64,000 nucleotides of DNA from Octopus bimaculoides. Lineage: Eukaryota. The stretch covers positions 112,539,951 to 112,603,950 of the forward strand of contig NC_068983.1 of the NCBI RefSeq assembly GCF_001194135.2, written 5' to 3'. Of this stretch, positions 13,330-26,375 are shown piece after piece. Positions within the stretch are counted from its first letter, which is position 1. The number at the start of each line of letters is the position of its first letter. The notes under the pieces were generated by a model that did not search any database, was not told where the DNA came from, and worked only from the letters and a program-made list of their open reading frames with translations. Made by a program: the position numbers and the translations under genes.

Positions 13330-14290
13330 GAGGTTCAGCTCATGAAAAAGTTTCAGGATGGATGAAGGAACTTCTGACCAAAAGGTTAAGTAGATTTTAA
13401 TTCTTTTTGAAAGAGGGGAAGATTCTGGTTGTGTAAAACTCAGTCATCAAGATGAGAATACTGAAGTAGCAAAATCTTGGCTGTGGAATGTAATGGCTAT
13501 GGATTCCAGAGTCTGGGAGATCAAGATTGTAGCGGAATTGGATTTTTGGAGGGTGGCATCAAAGGTTGGTTTGGGTACCCATTTAAGGGGAAAAAGCAAT
13601 TCATTGTAACAAGAACTGAAGTCGGAAATTTTGATTAAAAAAACTTGCATAGCAAGAGAAACTGAAAGTAGAATGGAAGATTAAGGGTATATAGAATATA
13701 AGGAAGAAAAGTCAAGGTAGGACTGAAAGTTGTATGCTTAGTTTGAGAAGAGAGGGAAAGTTTCAAAATAGAAACAGAAATGTTTAATAATTTAAAGGAA
13801 GTTAGCTTGTAGTGCTTCCTTCAAATTCTCCTGTAAGTATAGCTGATTTAAATTTAGATAGTCTGCAGGAAGATGAAGTGTTTAGTGATGGTCCTGTTGT
13901 ATACTGGATAATGAATTGTAGAAATCATTCTCAATACTCCCAAAACAGTTTGGCAAGCATTCACACCCTAAAAGACTTTTTGCAGCAGAAGCAAAAATGA
14001 AATGACAGCTTCACCCCTACCTTGCTTTTACTTTACCATATTTATATTGAAATACACTACATTACTGTCAAATAATTTTGAAAAGAATGAAGAATATAAG
14101 AAAATAACTTTATCATTATTGAGCTGGTGTTTGGAATGTAATTTCATGTTAATTCTTTTTGAAAGAGGGGAAAATTCTGGTTGTGAAAAACTCAGTCATC
14201 AAGTTGAGTATGCTGAAGTAGCAAAATCTTGGCTGTGGAATGTAATGGCTATGAATTCCAGAGTGTGGGAGATTAATATAAATTAGCATG
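13330..14290 (-). mobile_element. Probable CR1/Jockey-like LINE fragments containing a 123-bp duplication
   Basis: HSQDFATSVFSS resembles LN..FASVFT from the EN-RT linker. 13398-13520 is repeated at 14150-14272. Confidence 0.4.
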
Positions 14291-14971
14291 AAATTTTGAT
14301 GGAAGGCTTTAATTTAGATCATCTTACAACTGGAAATTTGTAGCAAAGAACCAGGGGTGGCCTTGGACAGCTTAATATTAAAAACGTTAAATTGAAAAAC
14401 CCTATCACAGTTCATGAGTCTTTACTTTCATTTATAATTTCATTTACATCTAAGATGAATTATGAGAATATAAATTAACCTCCAGTACTTGACTGGTATT
14501 GTATTTTATTGACCCTATAACATAAATTTGACTTTGGCAAGATTTAAAATCAGAATGTAAAAGGTCATAGCTAAATACTTCTGGTCATTGTTGCTTGAAC
14601 AATTCTGCCAATGCACCAATCTATAATGTTCCAAAATTATTTTGAACTGCTTAGTGAAATTAAGTCAAATTACTTTCTTTTGAGTTTAGTTCAGAAATTA
14701 ATCACAAGTAAAATTTGCAATCTGAGATTTTAGCATAATTTTTAATTAATACAAACCAATGTAATTTTTCAAATGCAACACATTGCGAATAGCAAGAGCA
14801 AGATCAGGTCAACTTAGGCATGTTACAATTTCCTTATTACTAGTGACATTGGTTATAACTTTAATTATAACTAATAACTTTAGAAGTTTATTGCTTCAGG
14901 TATAGTAAATTATCTTTGATTTCTTCCTTACTTATTATAAATTTTGAAATAAACAGTGTAAACATTTGATA

Positions 14972-15380
14972 CTCTCTTTACTTGTTTCAGTCATTTGACT
15001 GTGGTCATGCTGGAGCACCGCCTTTAGTCGAGCAAATCGACCCCAGGACTTATTCTTTGGACGCTTAGTACTTATTATAATGGTCTCTTTTGCCGAACCG
15101 CTAAGTTACGGGGACGTAAACACACCAGCATCGGTTGTCCAGCGATGTTGGCGGGACAAACACAGACACACAAACATATACACACACACATACATATATA
15201 TATATATACATATATACGACGGGCTTCTTTCAGTTTCCGTCTACCAAATCCACTCACAAGGCTTTGGTCGGCCCGAGGCTATAGTAGAAGACATTTGCCC
15301 AAGGTGCCACGCAGTGGGACTGAACCCGGAACCATGTGGTTGATAAACAAGCTACTTACCACGCAGCCACTCCTATGCCT
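14972..15380 (-). mobile_element. tRNA-head SINE family B, near-complete copy with central TA/CA microsatellite
   Basis: Minus-strand head tggctgcgtggtaag...ggttccgggttcagtcccactgcgtggcacc has A/B-box-like motifs. Fragments recur at 27750, 28200, 28630, 29230, 46600, 56880, 62820 and 63330. Confidence 0.8.
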
Positions 15381-15849
15381 ATTTGATAAGTATTTTGTAT
15401 GGAAATATTGTATCCATATAGCTTACACTAAGCAAGAAAATAAATGGCTCAAAGTCAAGGCATAGTGTGTGTGTATATAAATATTAATAAAAGATGAGAG
15501 ATAGACTGAACATGTTTTATTACATATCACTAAAATTGTTCCAACACATCATTGCTGAATGTTTTATGTTATAAACAACATTGTGTTAATTAATATCACT
15601 CAGCAACAGTGGCTTATGTATCTCTTCGGGTGTGTGTAGAGTAAAAAGCTCTGTTTAATCTTATTTTAATTTTCTACTCTCCCACAGAAATGCATATGGT
15701 ACTATGTGCTGAGTGATATTAATGAAATGTTGTTAATAATAAATGTAATTTCCAGCAATGAGCAGCTGGTAATGATGTGTTGAAAGAAATGCACTGATAT
15801 GTACTGTATTAAACCAGGTTCTCTTATTAACATTTTTGTATATACAGAT

Positions 15850-16010
15850 CGTTAGCACACCAGGTAAAATGCTTTGTGGCATTTCATCCGTTTTTACATT
15901 CTGAGTTCAAATTCTGCCAAGTTTGACTTTGCCTTTCATCCTTTGGATTCAATAAGATAAGTACCACCTCCAAAATTGCTAGCCTTGTGCCAAAATTTGA
16001 AACCAGTATT
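15850..16010 (+). mobile_element. SINE family C copy
   Basis: ttctgagttcaaattctgcc...gactttgcctttcatcctttgg...aataagtacca core. Confidence 0.7.
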
Positions 16011-17149
16011 TCTGTAAATAGCCTTTGGATATTTACAGATTTCCACATATATCCAGTGGCAGAAGTCCCACTGTATGATAGCACTTGGTAGCCACTACAC
16101 ACAAAAGAGCTTTAGAAAGCACACTATTTTTTTTACCCAGTTTATATCAAAATATATATGCATGTATATGTATGTATATACAGTCATGGCAAACATTTGG
16201 AACATAGGTCTGAAAATTAAAACTTTTATATTAAATGCCAAAGTTATATTTCAATCAGATTGTACTTGGGCATAACAATTTTAATTTTTAAAAAATATTT
16301 AAAACCTGGCCACGACTCTCTGTGTGTATAAAGTGTGTAAGAGAGAGAGAGAGAGAGAAAGTTGCAAATGCATTATAAGGATACTCATATAGTAATTGCT
16401 ATATATTCTTGTTTCAGTATTCAATATGCAATGTTTAGTCATATTTCAGTAGTTTCGTTTTACATAAAAAAATACTGACCACCATTGATTAGTGGACATA
16501 GTTCTAAAAGCTAATTATATTTTTAAAACCTACTTTCTGATTTTGGAAGTTCTTATTGGTTGCATTATTTCCATGCTTGAGTAAGCAAAAGTAATTACTT
16601 GTAAGAATAAAAGATAGTTCTAGAAATAGTCTGCCAGCAACGATGATAAACAAGCTAAGTGAATTCATTAATAAAAATGTTCAAGCTTGTTCACCTGAAA
16701 TATTTGCTGAAAGAATGTTCCACAAAAGCTACTAGTATTGATACATTAAAGCTAATATATTTATAAAGAGGAAACTTTTCCAACCATCTTTTATAGATCA
16801 ATTGATTATTTTTTTTTATTTGTTTTACCTCTTCAAAAAGTATTGATGACCTAAAAATATAGATGTGTATATGATGTATATAGCCTAAGTTACTACATAT
16901 ATGTAGTAAGGAATTAAAGTGCATGCATGAATTGAGATAATGAAAATGAGTATAAAAATAATAAGTATATTTTCTTTCATCATACATTAACACAATTTCT
17001 AGTTTCAAGGACCCCTTTGGAAATAACATAATGCATATAGGTATTCTACAGTTTAAGTGTTGAATAAAAATTATGATAAAAATTAATTCTATCTTTGTAA
17101 AATTGTGCCTTTTGTTTGCATCCCAAAATTATGATTATTATTATTATGG

Positions 17150-17730
17150 TCAGGTTCCAATCTGAGCTGTAGCAACAAATCTACCCACCACAATTCTCAG
17201 TCCCTCGTCACTGCCTCAGTGTCTTGATACATCCCAGGCCAGTGTCTGCAATCAAATTATTGATGTAAATATGACAACATCTTCGTCTTCTTGAAGTGGG
17301 TTTTACAACACTAATTTGGATGCTTCCTCTAAGGGTGGTGCATGCCATCTAAGGGTGCATGCAGTGACCATTTAGTCACAGCTGTCTTTGCCTAATCTTC
17401 TCCCTAACGTCCAGCAGATACCATGAAGGCATTCATTTGTTAGATGTTGCTGCCATTTCACATTCGTAGAACCTTTGTGTAGCATCCATTTAGCCTATTT
17501 GATAATTTCTTTGTCAGTGTTCATATTTCACTGCTATATAATAGCACTGATTCAACATTTGCAATGAACAACTTGATTTTGATATTGCCTGGGCAGTTTG
17601 AAGTTCCAGACTTTCTTTAGTTTGTGACATGCTGTTCGTACTTGTGCCTCCCTGATCTTGATGCCTACTTCTGAACCGCTCACCCAACCGCCTAAGTACT
17701 TGAAGTCTTCAACAACCACAAAAAGTTGCA
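17150..17730 (-). mobile_element. RTE-clade LINE 3' fragment
   Basis: EDFKYLGGWV...IKIREAQVRTACHKLKKVW...KLFIANVESVLLYSSE.WTLTKKLSNRLNGCYTKVL. Confidence 0.8.
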
Positions 17731-17899
17731 AGAGTCAAATTGTTTATGTTCTGTATCAAGGATATTTTGGAAACCAATACTGAAGATTACTTAAGAGATA
17801 AAAATCTACCAGTTTATACAGTACAGAACCACTCCTTGTAGGACTGTACTGTACAACAACAACCAAAGAGACCAAGCTCTCACTGGCTAAATTTACTCA

Positions 17900-19300
17900 A
17901 CTATATCAAAACAGAGCCCAACTGTTTTGATGTTGTTAGTAACCTCTACTGTCAACCATCCAACTGAGCCCTGACTCAAAACCAATTCACAATGTTTGAC
18001 ACTGTCACAAACCTGAATCAACACATGGGAAACTGTTCTGACTTTGTTAAATGATCCTGCCATCTCATTTGTTGAATTTCTACCATTTGCCAACTCTGAT
18101 GCTGAAATTTCTACCGTTTTCCAATTCCAGTACTGACATGATATTATGATCAAACCAAGTGACAAAGGTGGAATGGTAGTTACATGGCAAATGGACATCA
18201 TAAAAATCATTACTTCAGCAGAATAGTTCTCTTTTCTACCAAAGTTGACCCCTGGTCTCACTCCTACTCACCTAATTCTAGTGTCCAGCTCTATAAAAGA
18301 TTTCATCACTTTCTCCACAATTTCCCAACTACACTCATTTCTAATTACCTTGATAATATTTTCCAAACTTCTCCTTCTCTACATCTGTTGTCTATGAATT
18401 GACAGACTCCCTCTCTTACCTCAGATTCAACTCTTCCCACCATAACCACTCCAAATTTACCATCTCGTACTTCACAATTCCTCTATCTTTGCTGCCGCTG
18501 TATCCATGCTTAATCTCACATGATGAACCTCCACTTTATGAGTTGTGACTGCCTCTAAAAAAAATTGCCAGTAATGCCCACATCCATACTTCTACACTTG
18601 ATTGCAACTCCACCTTCATACCTCTACTCTCCATCACCCTTGATGATTTAACCTTCCTTCTCACATTTTACCATAAAACATTACCAACCATTCTTCTGGT
18701 GCACATTCTGCTTACTTCACTCTGATCCTGACATGTCTCCCACATTCCATGAACTTCCACTTCTATCCTTCAAAAGGGCCCATAATTTGCAGGATCTTTT
18801 AGGCAATAGTTTTTAAACTACATCCTTAAACCCAACCCTGATCTTTTCCCATCTTTCTGAACATTTACATTCAGAATATTACAACCCTTTTGGAGTAATC
18901 TAATGTTCATTCTTTATCCCTAACCAATTCGCTTGTATGATAGATATGTCATTTACTCTCTTACCTCTCAGTTCTGTAGTTTCTTATACACTGTCACTGA
19001 ATATCTATGAGACATCTCCTTAACACTACATCACTTCTTTGTTACCATTTCCTAAATATATATATATGCATGTGCAAATACTAAGTCTTTATGTATATAT
19101 GGTTATATGTTAATGAATTTGCAGTCGTAGCTGGATTTTACAAGACTGATTGATGCATACATAGACACACGAACTTTATATTGCTCAACATATGTTAGCT
19201 GGTATTTAACACCTACATAGATAATAAGATTATACATCCAACTACACTACACACAGATATCCTGTACTCTCTCAGTTCTTTTTTCCCATTCTTCCTTTCC
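17900..19300 (+). mobile_element. Decayed Penelope-like retroelement
   Basis: DIMIKPSDKGGMVVTW at about 18135-18185 is the IKPADKG motif. SFKRAHNLQDLL at about 18765 resembles AFKR..NL.D.LV. CT-rich degenerate body. Confidence 0.65.
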
Positions 19301-20949
19301 TCCCTTTCTTTTCTCACTATAATCCAAATTATTCCTCTGCTTCCGATTTCCTTATGTCATTAGCCAACTACCTTTTTACACCAAACCTGCAAAGTTTGCT
19401 TGTTTAACTTTAACTAGGCACATATCAGCTCATATGCTGTGCTTTCTGTAATGAACTGGTCATGTGATGGGTTATATACTGATCTAGCCCTTCTAGCTTT
19501 ACCAGCTGAGCGAGGGAAATTTATGTCTATTCATTGAAGCCCACCATCAAGCTATATAAGGAGAGATCCATCCGCTATTTAGTTAATGAGGTGGGTTAGC
19601 CCGGTTGAGTTTGGATCTCGGCAGGAAGCAAGTTTATTCTGAGGGTAGCCTTTGACATGTTCATCTGTTCCTGTCCTTCAGCAGAGGTCATGTCACATAT
19701 TTGCTTTCCTGCTCTGTTCAAGTACCAACTACATGAGAAACCCAAGTGTATATTTTCTGGAAGTATATTTCAAGATGTATTTGCAACAGCTTGCCATGTC
19801 TATACTCTTTAATGGGTTGAATAAACTGTCATATTTAATCCTCCTGGTTTTCTCATTCTTCCTTTATCTACATACACACGTATATTGGAACTCAAACCAG
19901 CATAATTCTTCAACTCAACTTCAATCATTAAAGTGGTAAAGTGGTACCATTTCTATATCTTTTTCCTTTCTTTTTTCATCTTTTTCATAAAGCGTAAGGG
20001 CCGAAACGTAAGACTCTCTTATATTCTTTTGTTAAGGTTATCTCCACAGATATTCTATAGAAATTATAGCCAGCACTGATTTTTATTAAGACGTTTGTAT
20101 CCAAGACACTAGATGTAAACAAACAATGAGATTGAAGATGAAAATGGTGTATTTATTTTCATTGTACACATTCTGTGATTGTTACTGTTTCATTTAATTT
20201 TTTTTTAAGCATTTCCACCCTGTGTTATACTTATTTGACTTTATATATTATTTATTTGTTTGTTTCAGTCTCATAAATTTTCCTTCTTACTTTTGTCCCC
20301 ACTTTCTCTCTCTCTCTCTCTTTATGTACATATTTATATCCATGCATGTGTGCATACATAAATATGTAGGAAACATAGAAATAAATTAGAAAAAAAAAAT
20401 AATTTTTAACACTGATATGTGTGTTAAATTTAGCGATAATCTGTTTAGGTTTTGAATTGGAGTGTTTCTTCTAGTGTGTATTCACATCTGAAAAGCGATA
20501 GCCAGAGAAAAATTGTTATAGAAGTATTATATATTTAGAGGTTGTTCAACTTTATCCACAACTGTAAAGGGAATCTAGCAGTGCAGTAATAATTTATTGA
20601 TAAGGTTGAGATACGCATGTGTATGTATGTATGTGTAGCTAAAATACATAATCCCTTCAATTCTATATCTCAGTAACATTGAATAAATAGAGAAATATGA
20701 GTTGGTTGTAAATGAATTATCGAATTCATTTTAGGTCTTTTCTAGTTTTAATTTAATGATAAATTTTAATGATTGACGATCAACAAAATAATACAATATT
20801 ATAAATTTCGAACAACAATAAGATACATACTGATGCAGAGTGCAAAATTTTAATATATAAATTAAAATAACGGTAAGTGATGCTTTGCTACCCACTAGAT
20901 TAGTAGAGCTTTGATGTAGGTTGGGACAGTTATGACTATAATTGTAAAT

Positions 20950-23810
20950 CATGATCGGAATGTCAACGGTGATGGGTTTTAATTGATTTCCGCAACAACC
21001 GGTCATCAAAGTCATCCAATTTCCGACTGGTCAGCAGTGGTACATGACAAACTCGTAAATGTATCTGATTCTGGTACTGTTTCCATTGATCCTTGTCTAT
21101 TTGTATCATCATATAACCGAATTTCTTCACAATTGTGCTAAAAAACTAAATTCGTTTCGGTAATCCCTGACAAATTCTGACTGTCCAGCACATAATTTAA
21201 TGGAACTGTTTTGTCCTCCATTTGATTACGGTTTGGCATCAATATTAATAACATAAGATTTTGTGGCTTTTAATCATGAAGCATTTCTGTGAGTAATTTT
21301 CCGTTCATTGTTGGATATGATTGTGCAGAGTATGTGAGAATAAAAAAAAGCAAATCGATTGTTTTCCGCTAATAAGTGGTTTTCATGGCATCCTTCTCAA
21401 ATCCCTTCTTTGAATAAAGTGAATTGCTTCACTGTTTGAAGGTTGATAGGAATTAGTAACGTTGAATGTTGAACACCCATTTGATTGCAATGTTGCTTAA
21501 ATATGGATGATGCAAATAAAACTTCATTGTCAGGTATAACTTATTTCTTTAGTGCCCACAGGAGGCTAAACATAGAGGGGACAAACAAGGACAAAGTAAT
21601 TAAGTCGATTACATCGACCCCAGTGTCTAACTGGTACTTATTTGATCAATCCCGAAAGGATGAAAGGCAAAGTCAACCTCAGCGGAATTTGAACTCAGAA
21701 CATAACGGCAGCCGAAATACCGCTACGCATTCGGGCTCGTGTGCTAACGATTCTGCCAGCTCACCACCTTTTGTCAGGTTTAATCGTTTCAAAAAATCCC
21801 TCGATAGGAATAATTTTATGGAGTATAGTAAATGTTTTATAAGTAATTGTTGATGTTGTCGATGTAACATATTGGATATTTCAAGGATGAAATGAATGAC
21901 AATGAGCCACATTTCATCTTAAAGGCATGATCGATATGTATTCATTACCATGGTTCATGTGTTTTGAATCGTTTAATATATTTTTTTATTAGGCACCTAT
22001 ATTGCCTATGGTTTTCCTCTCACATCATGCGTATAAGATTACCCTTTTTATGTTGGCCACTTGTTGCATCAGATGGATGGTAAATCCATTTGTTTCTTTC
22101 GGACTATACCCCAGATAAGTTTCATATAGTTCAATCAAAATTTTCTTTTGTAATATTCTTGAGATAATTACTTTAGCAAGATTGGACTGCAAAATTAATA
22201 AATTTCTGTGACAATTAATTGCCTCATGTTTCATCCAATATTCCCTTATATGTTCGTCTTCAATATTTAGTTTCACAGCCCAACAATTATGGACAAACTG
22301 TTTAGTTTGAATGATATCAATATCAAACTTCTGGTAACCAGTATTTTATAGCGACTATCAAGTGCTAACTTGTTTTACATTGAGATTTTGCTCAATAATT
22401 TGATGTCTTTCAAATCTAGATAGAATATGATTTTATGTTTTTCCTCAGAATCCTAATTAAGTTTGATCAGTGGTTTTCATATTGCTTCAGCATTATTGCA
22501 TTGCTTCAAAGCTTCGTAATGTGTTGTATATTAATAACACCACCCACGGCATACTTTTATCCGGTAAATATATATGTACAAGTGGTTTGTGATCTGTAAT
22601 TAATACAAATGTCATCTATATAAGATTTGATTGAATTTTATGAAAACTGAGTATTATAGATAATGTCTTTTTAGCTGTTTACGAATATCGCCCTTGATGT
22701 GCATTCACTGTTTTAGATGCATGGGTCAATGGAATGTTCAGCTCACATGATCTCATTACTCTACCAGCAACTGGTGATGGCAAAGTTTCATTGTAATGCA
22801 TGAGCTCTATTTACTCACTCACTTATATCAACCCCTTTAAAATTTTCATGAGAATCATCTCACCTTTTGGATGGCGGCGAGTTATTTTCTATTAATTTGT
22901 ATAACAGCACAGTAAGATTTGCCATGTCCTCATTGAAAGTGTGATACTATTTGAGTTCTGAAACAAACGCTAATATTTTATTTGCATTTTTTAATTAGTA
23001 GTTTTAAAAACGTATCAGACTTTGCCTCAGATTATCTTTTTCCCAGATGCACAAATAGTATGGTCAAAAATATCTCTCCAAACACCAAAAATATATTGCG
23101 TTCTTTTTTATGACATTTTGAGATAAGTTTAACCAAGTAACAATTGTTTCTAAATTATTTAAACGTTTCTCATTCTGTCTCAGTGGCGATGATATCGTCT
23201 AAATAGTCTGTACATCATTTTTATCAACAAGACTCTGAAATACAGCAAACTCTCAGGTTAAGACCGAAAGTCATACTTCTCAAAAGTAATCATTGTGAGT
23301 CAACTCTTCACTCAATCGGGAAATACGCATCTTTTACATCTCAATTTTACTGAAGTTATTTTACCTACCTTCCAGTTTATAGAATAGTTTATCATACATA
23401 CACATTAGGTAGTAACTCTCTGTGTGTTTCATGATGATAACTAAATCACCACAGACCTGAATGTTACCATTCAGTTTCTAATACAGCTCAGTTGTAATCG
23501 GTAAGTGTAGTTGACGTTATAAGTCTTCTTTTACTTAATGGGCTTTGAAAACAAAAATTGTCTGGCTCTCTATCACATTAAGGCCTGCATTTTCATGAGA
23601 CAGCCTAAACCAAATGAAACTGCTTTACAATATTTTGCACAAAAATCGTCAGCTGTATTTTTTGTATTCAAATCAGTAGAATTATGAACATATCTACAGT
23701 ATCTCTAATATTATTGAGCATAGATATCTGGGACATATTAAATTTGAATTCATTTCAGTATAGCTTCTAAAGTTTTAGGTTGCATATTTCCCATTCTAAT
23801 ATTTAATAAA
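20950..23810 (-). mobile_element. Decayed Ty3/gypsy LTR retrotransposon internal region (RT-RNase H-integrase)
   Basis: DYLDDII at about 23200 (RT). PLTHASKTV...FVLITDHKPL at 22560-22740 (RNase H). EYW...VIISRILQKKILIELY.T.LG in ORF 22025-22276 (integrase N-region). SNGGQ at about 21230. No LTR identified. Confidence 0.85.
21545..21770 (-). mobile_element. SINE family C copy nested in the gypsy remnant
   Basis: Minus strand aaggtggtgagctggcagaatcgttagc...ctgagttcaaattccgctgaggttgactttgcctttcatcctttcggg. CpG-rich and much younger than its host. Confidence 0.85.
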
Positions 23811-23814
23811 CATA

Positions 23815-23975
23815 TAAGGTGGCAAGCTGTGAGAATCGTTGGCATACCAAGTAACATGCTTAGTGGTATTTCATCTGCTTTTATGTTCTGAACTAAAATT
23901 CTATCGAGGTCAGCTTTGTCTTTCATCCTTTGCGATCATTTAAATAAGTACCAGTTGAGCACTGAGCACGATGTA
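23815..23975 (+). mobile_element. SINE family C copy
   Basis: ataaggtggcaagctgtgagaatcgttggc...tttcatcctttgcg...aataagtaccagttgagcactg. Confidence 0.75.
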
Positions 23976-23984
23976 GCCTTCGAA

Positions 23985-24400
23985 TTAGCTTTCTCCTGTC
24001 CGGTTTTGAGAAGCCTAATTTCTCAAGATTGGTATTTAGGCAATGTGTTACAAAACCCAGGGCCCCAATAATTACAGGTATAAACTTGAATTTGTAATCT
24101 GGATAGAGTAACTGCAGATTTCTCATTAGTTCAGCTCAGGTGTTCTCTTTTTCACTGATATTCAGCTTTATGTTAACATCCGCTGGGCAGCTGATTTCCA
24201 CAACTGTGCACAGTTTCTCTTCTCTATCCTAAATCATTATATCAGGCCTGTTGTGCTTACATTTTATTGAAGTCTTCACTGGTACATTCCACGAGTATTC
24301 CTTTTTATTATGTGTGGCTATGGCTTCTACCATATTGTGGGTTCTTATTTCTATGTCCTTGGGATTATCCTTCTGACAGATTTCATTATAAAGCAATTTT
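23985..24400 (-). mobile_element. R4/Dong-type restriction-like endonuclease fragment
   Basis: KPDIMI*DREEKLCTVVEISCPADVNIK...EKENT*AELMRNLQLLYPDYKFKFIPVIIGALG. Confidence 0.85.
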
Positions 24401-24429
24401 AGGGGAGGGTGTAAGTATTAACTATATTT

Positions 24430-24640
24430 AAAGCAGCAAGCTGGCAGAATCATTATCATGCCAGGCAAAATGCTTAGTGTATTTCTTCTGGCTTTACATC
24501 TTGAGTTCAAATTCTGCTTGGGTTGACTTTGCCATTCATCATTTTAGGGCTAATAAAATAAATACCAGATGAACAATGCGGTCAATATAATTGATTTTTC
24601 CCCTCCCCTAAAATTGCTGGCCTTCTGCCACAAGTTTGAA
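24430..24640 (+). mobile_element. SINE family C copy
   Basis: gcaagctggcagaatc...cttgagttcaaattctgc...gactttgccattcatcatttt. Confidence 0.7.
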
Positions 24641-25169
24641 TCTGATGTTAGCAGTACTTTGATCAAGAATATTTATTCAATAGAGACTTTAAATATCTTC
24701 AATTATTATTTTTGCATATCAACTATTTTTTTTCTCCCTCTAGTTTCAGCTCAGAGCTGTAGCCATGCTGATGCACTGCCGTTAAATGGAAATAAGTTCT
24801 TTAAATTTTGTGATATCATATAACAATGTCTCTGATCAGCAATCAAATATTTTTCTGACATTTACACTCAATTAGATTCATATATCATCCTCTTTCAAAT
24901 CTTGTAGACTTGTGACTGAATGAGCAAAGCATATCACTGTGAATTGTAATAGTACCATTAACTTATCATCTATGCTGTGCTGTTATATTACCCAGAGCGT
25001 ACAATATCAGATTCATTTAATTAATTTTGTGAAATCCATTGTTTCCACGTGCTATCAGATCAAACATTTTTTTATTTAAATAACATTCATTATCGTCAAT
25101 TTTTACAATCAGTTTATCCAACAGAGAAGTAATAAATATCCTTACATTAACATAGACATCTGCTTATAT

Positions 25170-26375
25170 TAATTGTATGTATACCATACAAGGGCATGCT
25201 GTTGTAGTCTTTGTCTGAGAGGAAGCCTCTTCACAGATGTGTTAAAATAGAATATTTATCGAAGCAAAACAAACATTGTAACAACAGTGACTTGTAGGAA
25301 CATTGAACACTTTTCTCTCTTCTTAGAGCTTGTAACATTTGTCATTTGTTTGAACATAACTCATACCTTGGTATATAAGAAAAAGTGAATAAAGCATTCA
25401 CTGTTATTGCTGAATGCTTGCTGGACAGTAGAATACTAAATGAACACTATTGGAACAGTATTAAATTATTATTACCATCTATGTATCATGCTAAATGTAT
25501 AATCATATTGTTGTGGTTGTTTCTTATATATCAATGCAGAAGTTTAAGTATGTGACTAATGGATACTCATTATTGACAAGTCCCATAAGGGTGAAATGCA
25601 TCTAACTTTCCCATGAGTCAGCATTCTATTTACTTTGATATATTGTGTTCTTAACATGTCTGTGAAAAGATTTTCTCTCAGACAAAACCCACAGCAGCAG
25701 CCATTGCTATATGTCTGGTATGATACACAGATTTCTTTTTTTTTTTAATTTAATGCTGTTTCAATTGTTAATCCCCAAACTTTATACAGACCAGCAAACA
25801 TTCTACAATATCAGTAAATGTATTATTTACTGTTTCTTATGTAATGAAGCACAAATTTTATTCAAGCATGTGGCAAATGGGTATAAGTTTTTGGCAAGTT
25901 CCAAGACAAGCAAAGTATGTCTAATACCTAGATAAGTCACTACCGGGACAATGTTCTCTTTTCTTCATTATATATCATGTTTTTAACCTCTGTCTATAAA
26001 AAGATTTTCTCTCAGACAAAAACCACCACAGTATATCTTTCTACAGTGTATGTATATTTAGTATGAGGCATTCATTAATTTAATGTTGTCTCAATTGTTT
26101 TCACTGAATTTTCTACAGCCCATCAAGCATTTCACAATATCAGGAATGAATGTATTACACATGGTTTGATATATATTCATGTATGAATTTCGTTTAAGCA
26201 TAGACAAATGGGTACTCCAAGTAGGGTGAATGTCATCGAATGTTCCTATGACTCGCTGCTGTGATGATATTTGCTTCACTGAAATTTTAACGCAAAATAT
26301 TTATGAAGAGAATTTCTCTTTGTAAGACACCATAACAGCATGCCTTTGTATGGTGTATATACATTTAGTATGATA
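25170..26375. repeat. Local array of diverged ~320-bp units in direct and inverted orientation
   Basis: aaaagattttctctcagacaaaa.cc occurs at about 25666 and 25999. Its reverse-complement homolog is at about 25205 (tctttgtctgagaggaagcctctt), and a further direct homolog is at about 26310. A second conserved block, aatacatt..ctgatattgt.gaatgcttg.tgg, is shared by three units. Confidence 0.7.

Noticed and set aside
17893-18261. 122-aa minus-strand ORF
   Set aside because: Antisense to the Penelope remnant.
24840-24920. SLQDLKEDDI resembling the rGC kinase motif GSLQDILENDDI
   Set aside because: Immediately followed by stops, with no exon boundaries.
25170-26375. Array as C2H2 zinc-finger repeats or mutually exclusive exons
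   Set aside because: No CxxC...HxxxH or TGEKP pattern, and no splice sites conserved between units.
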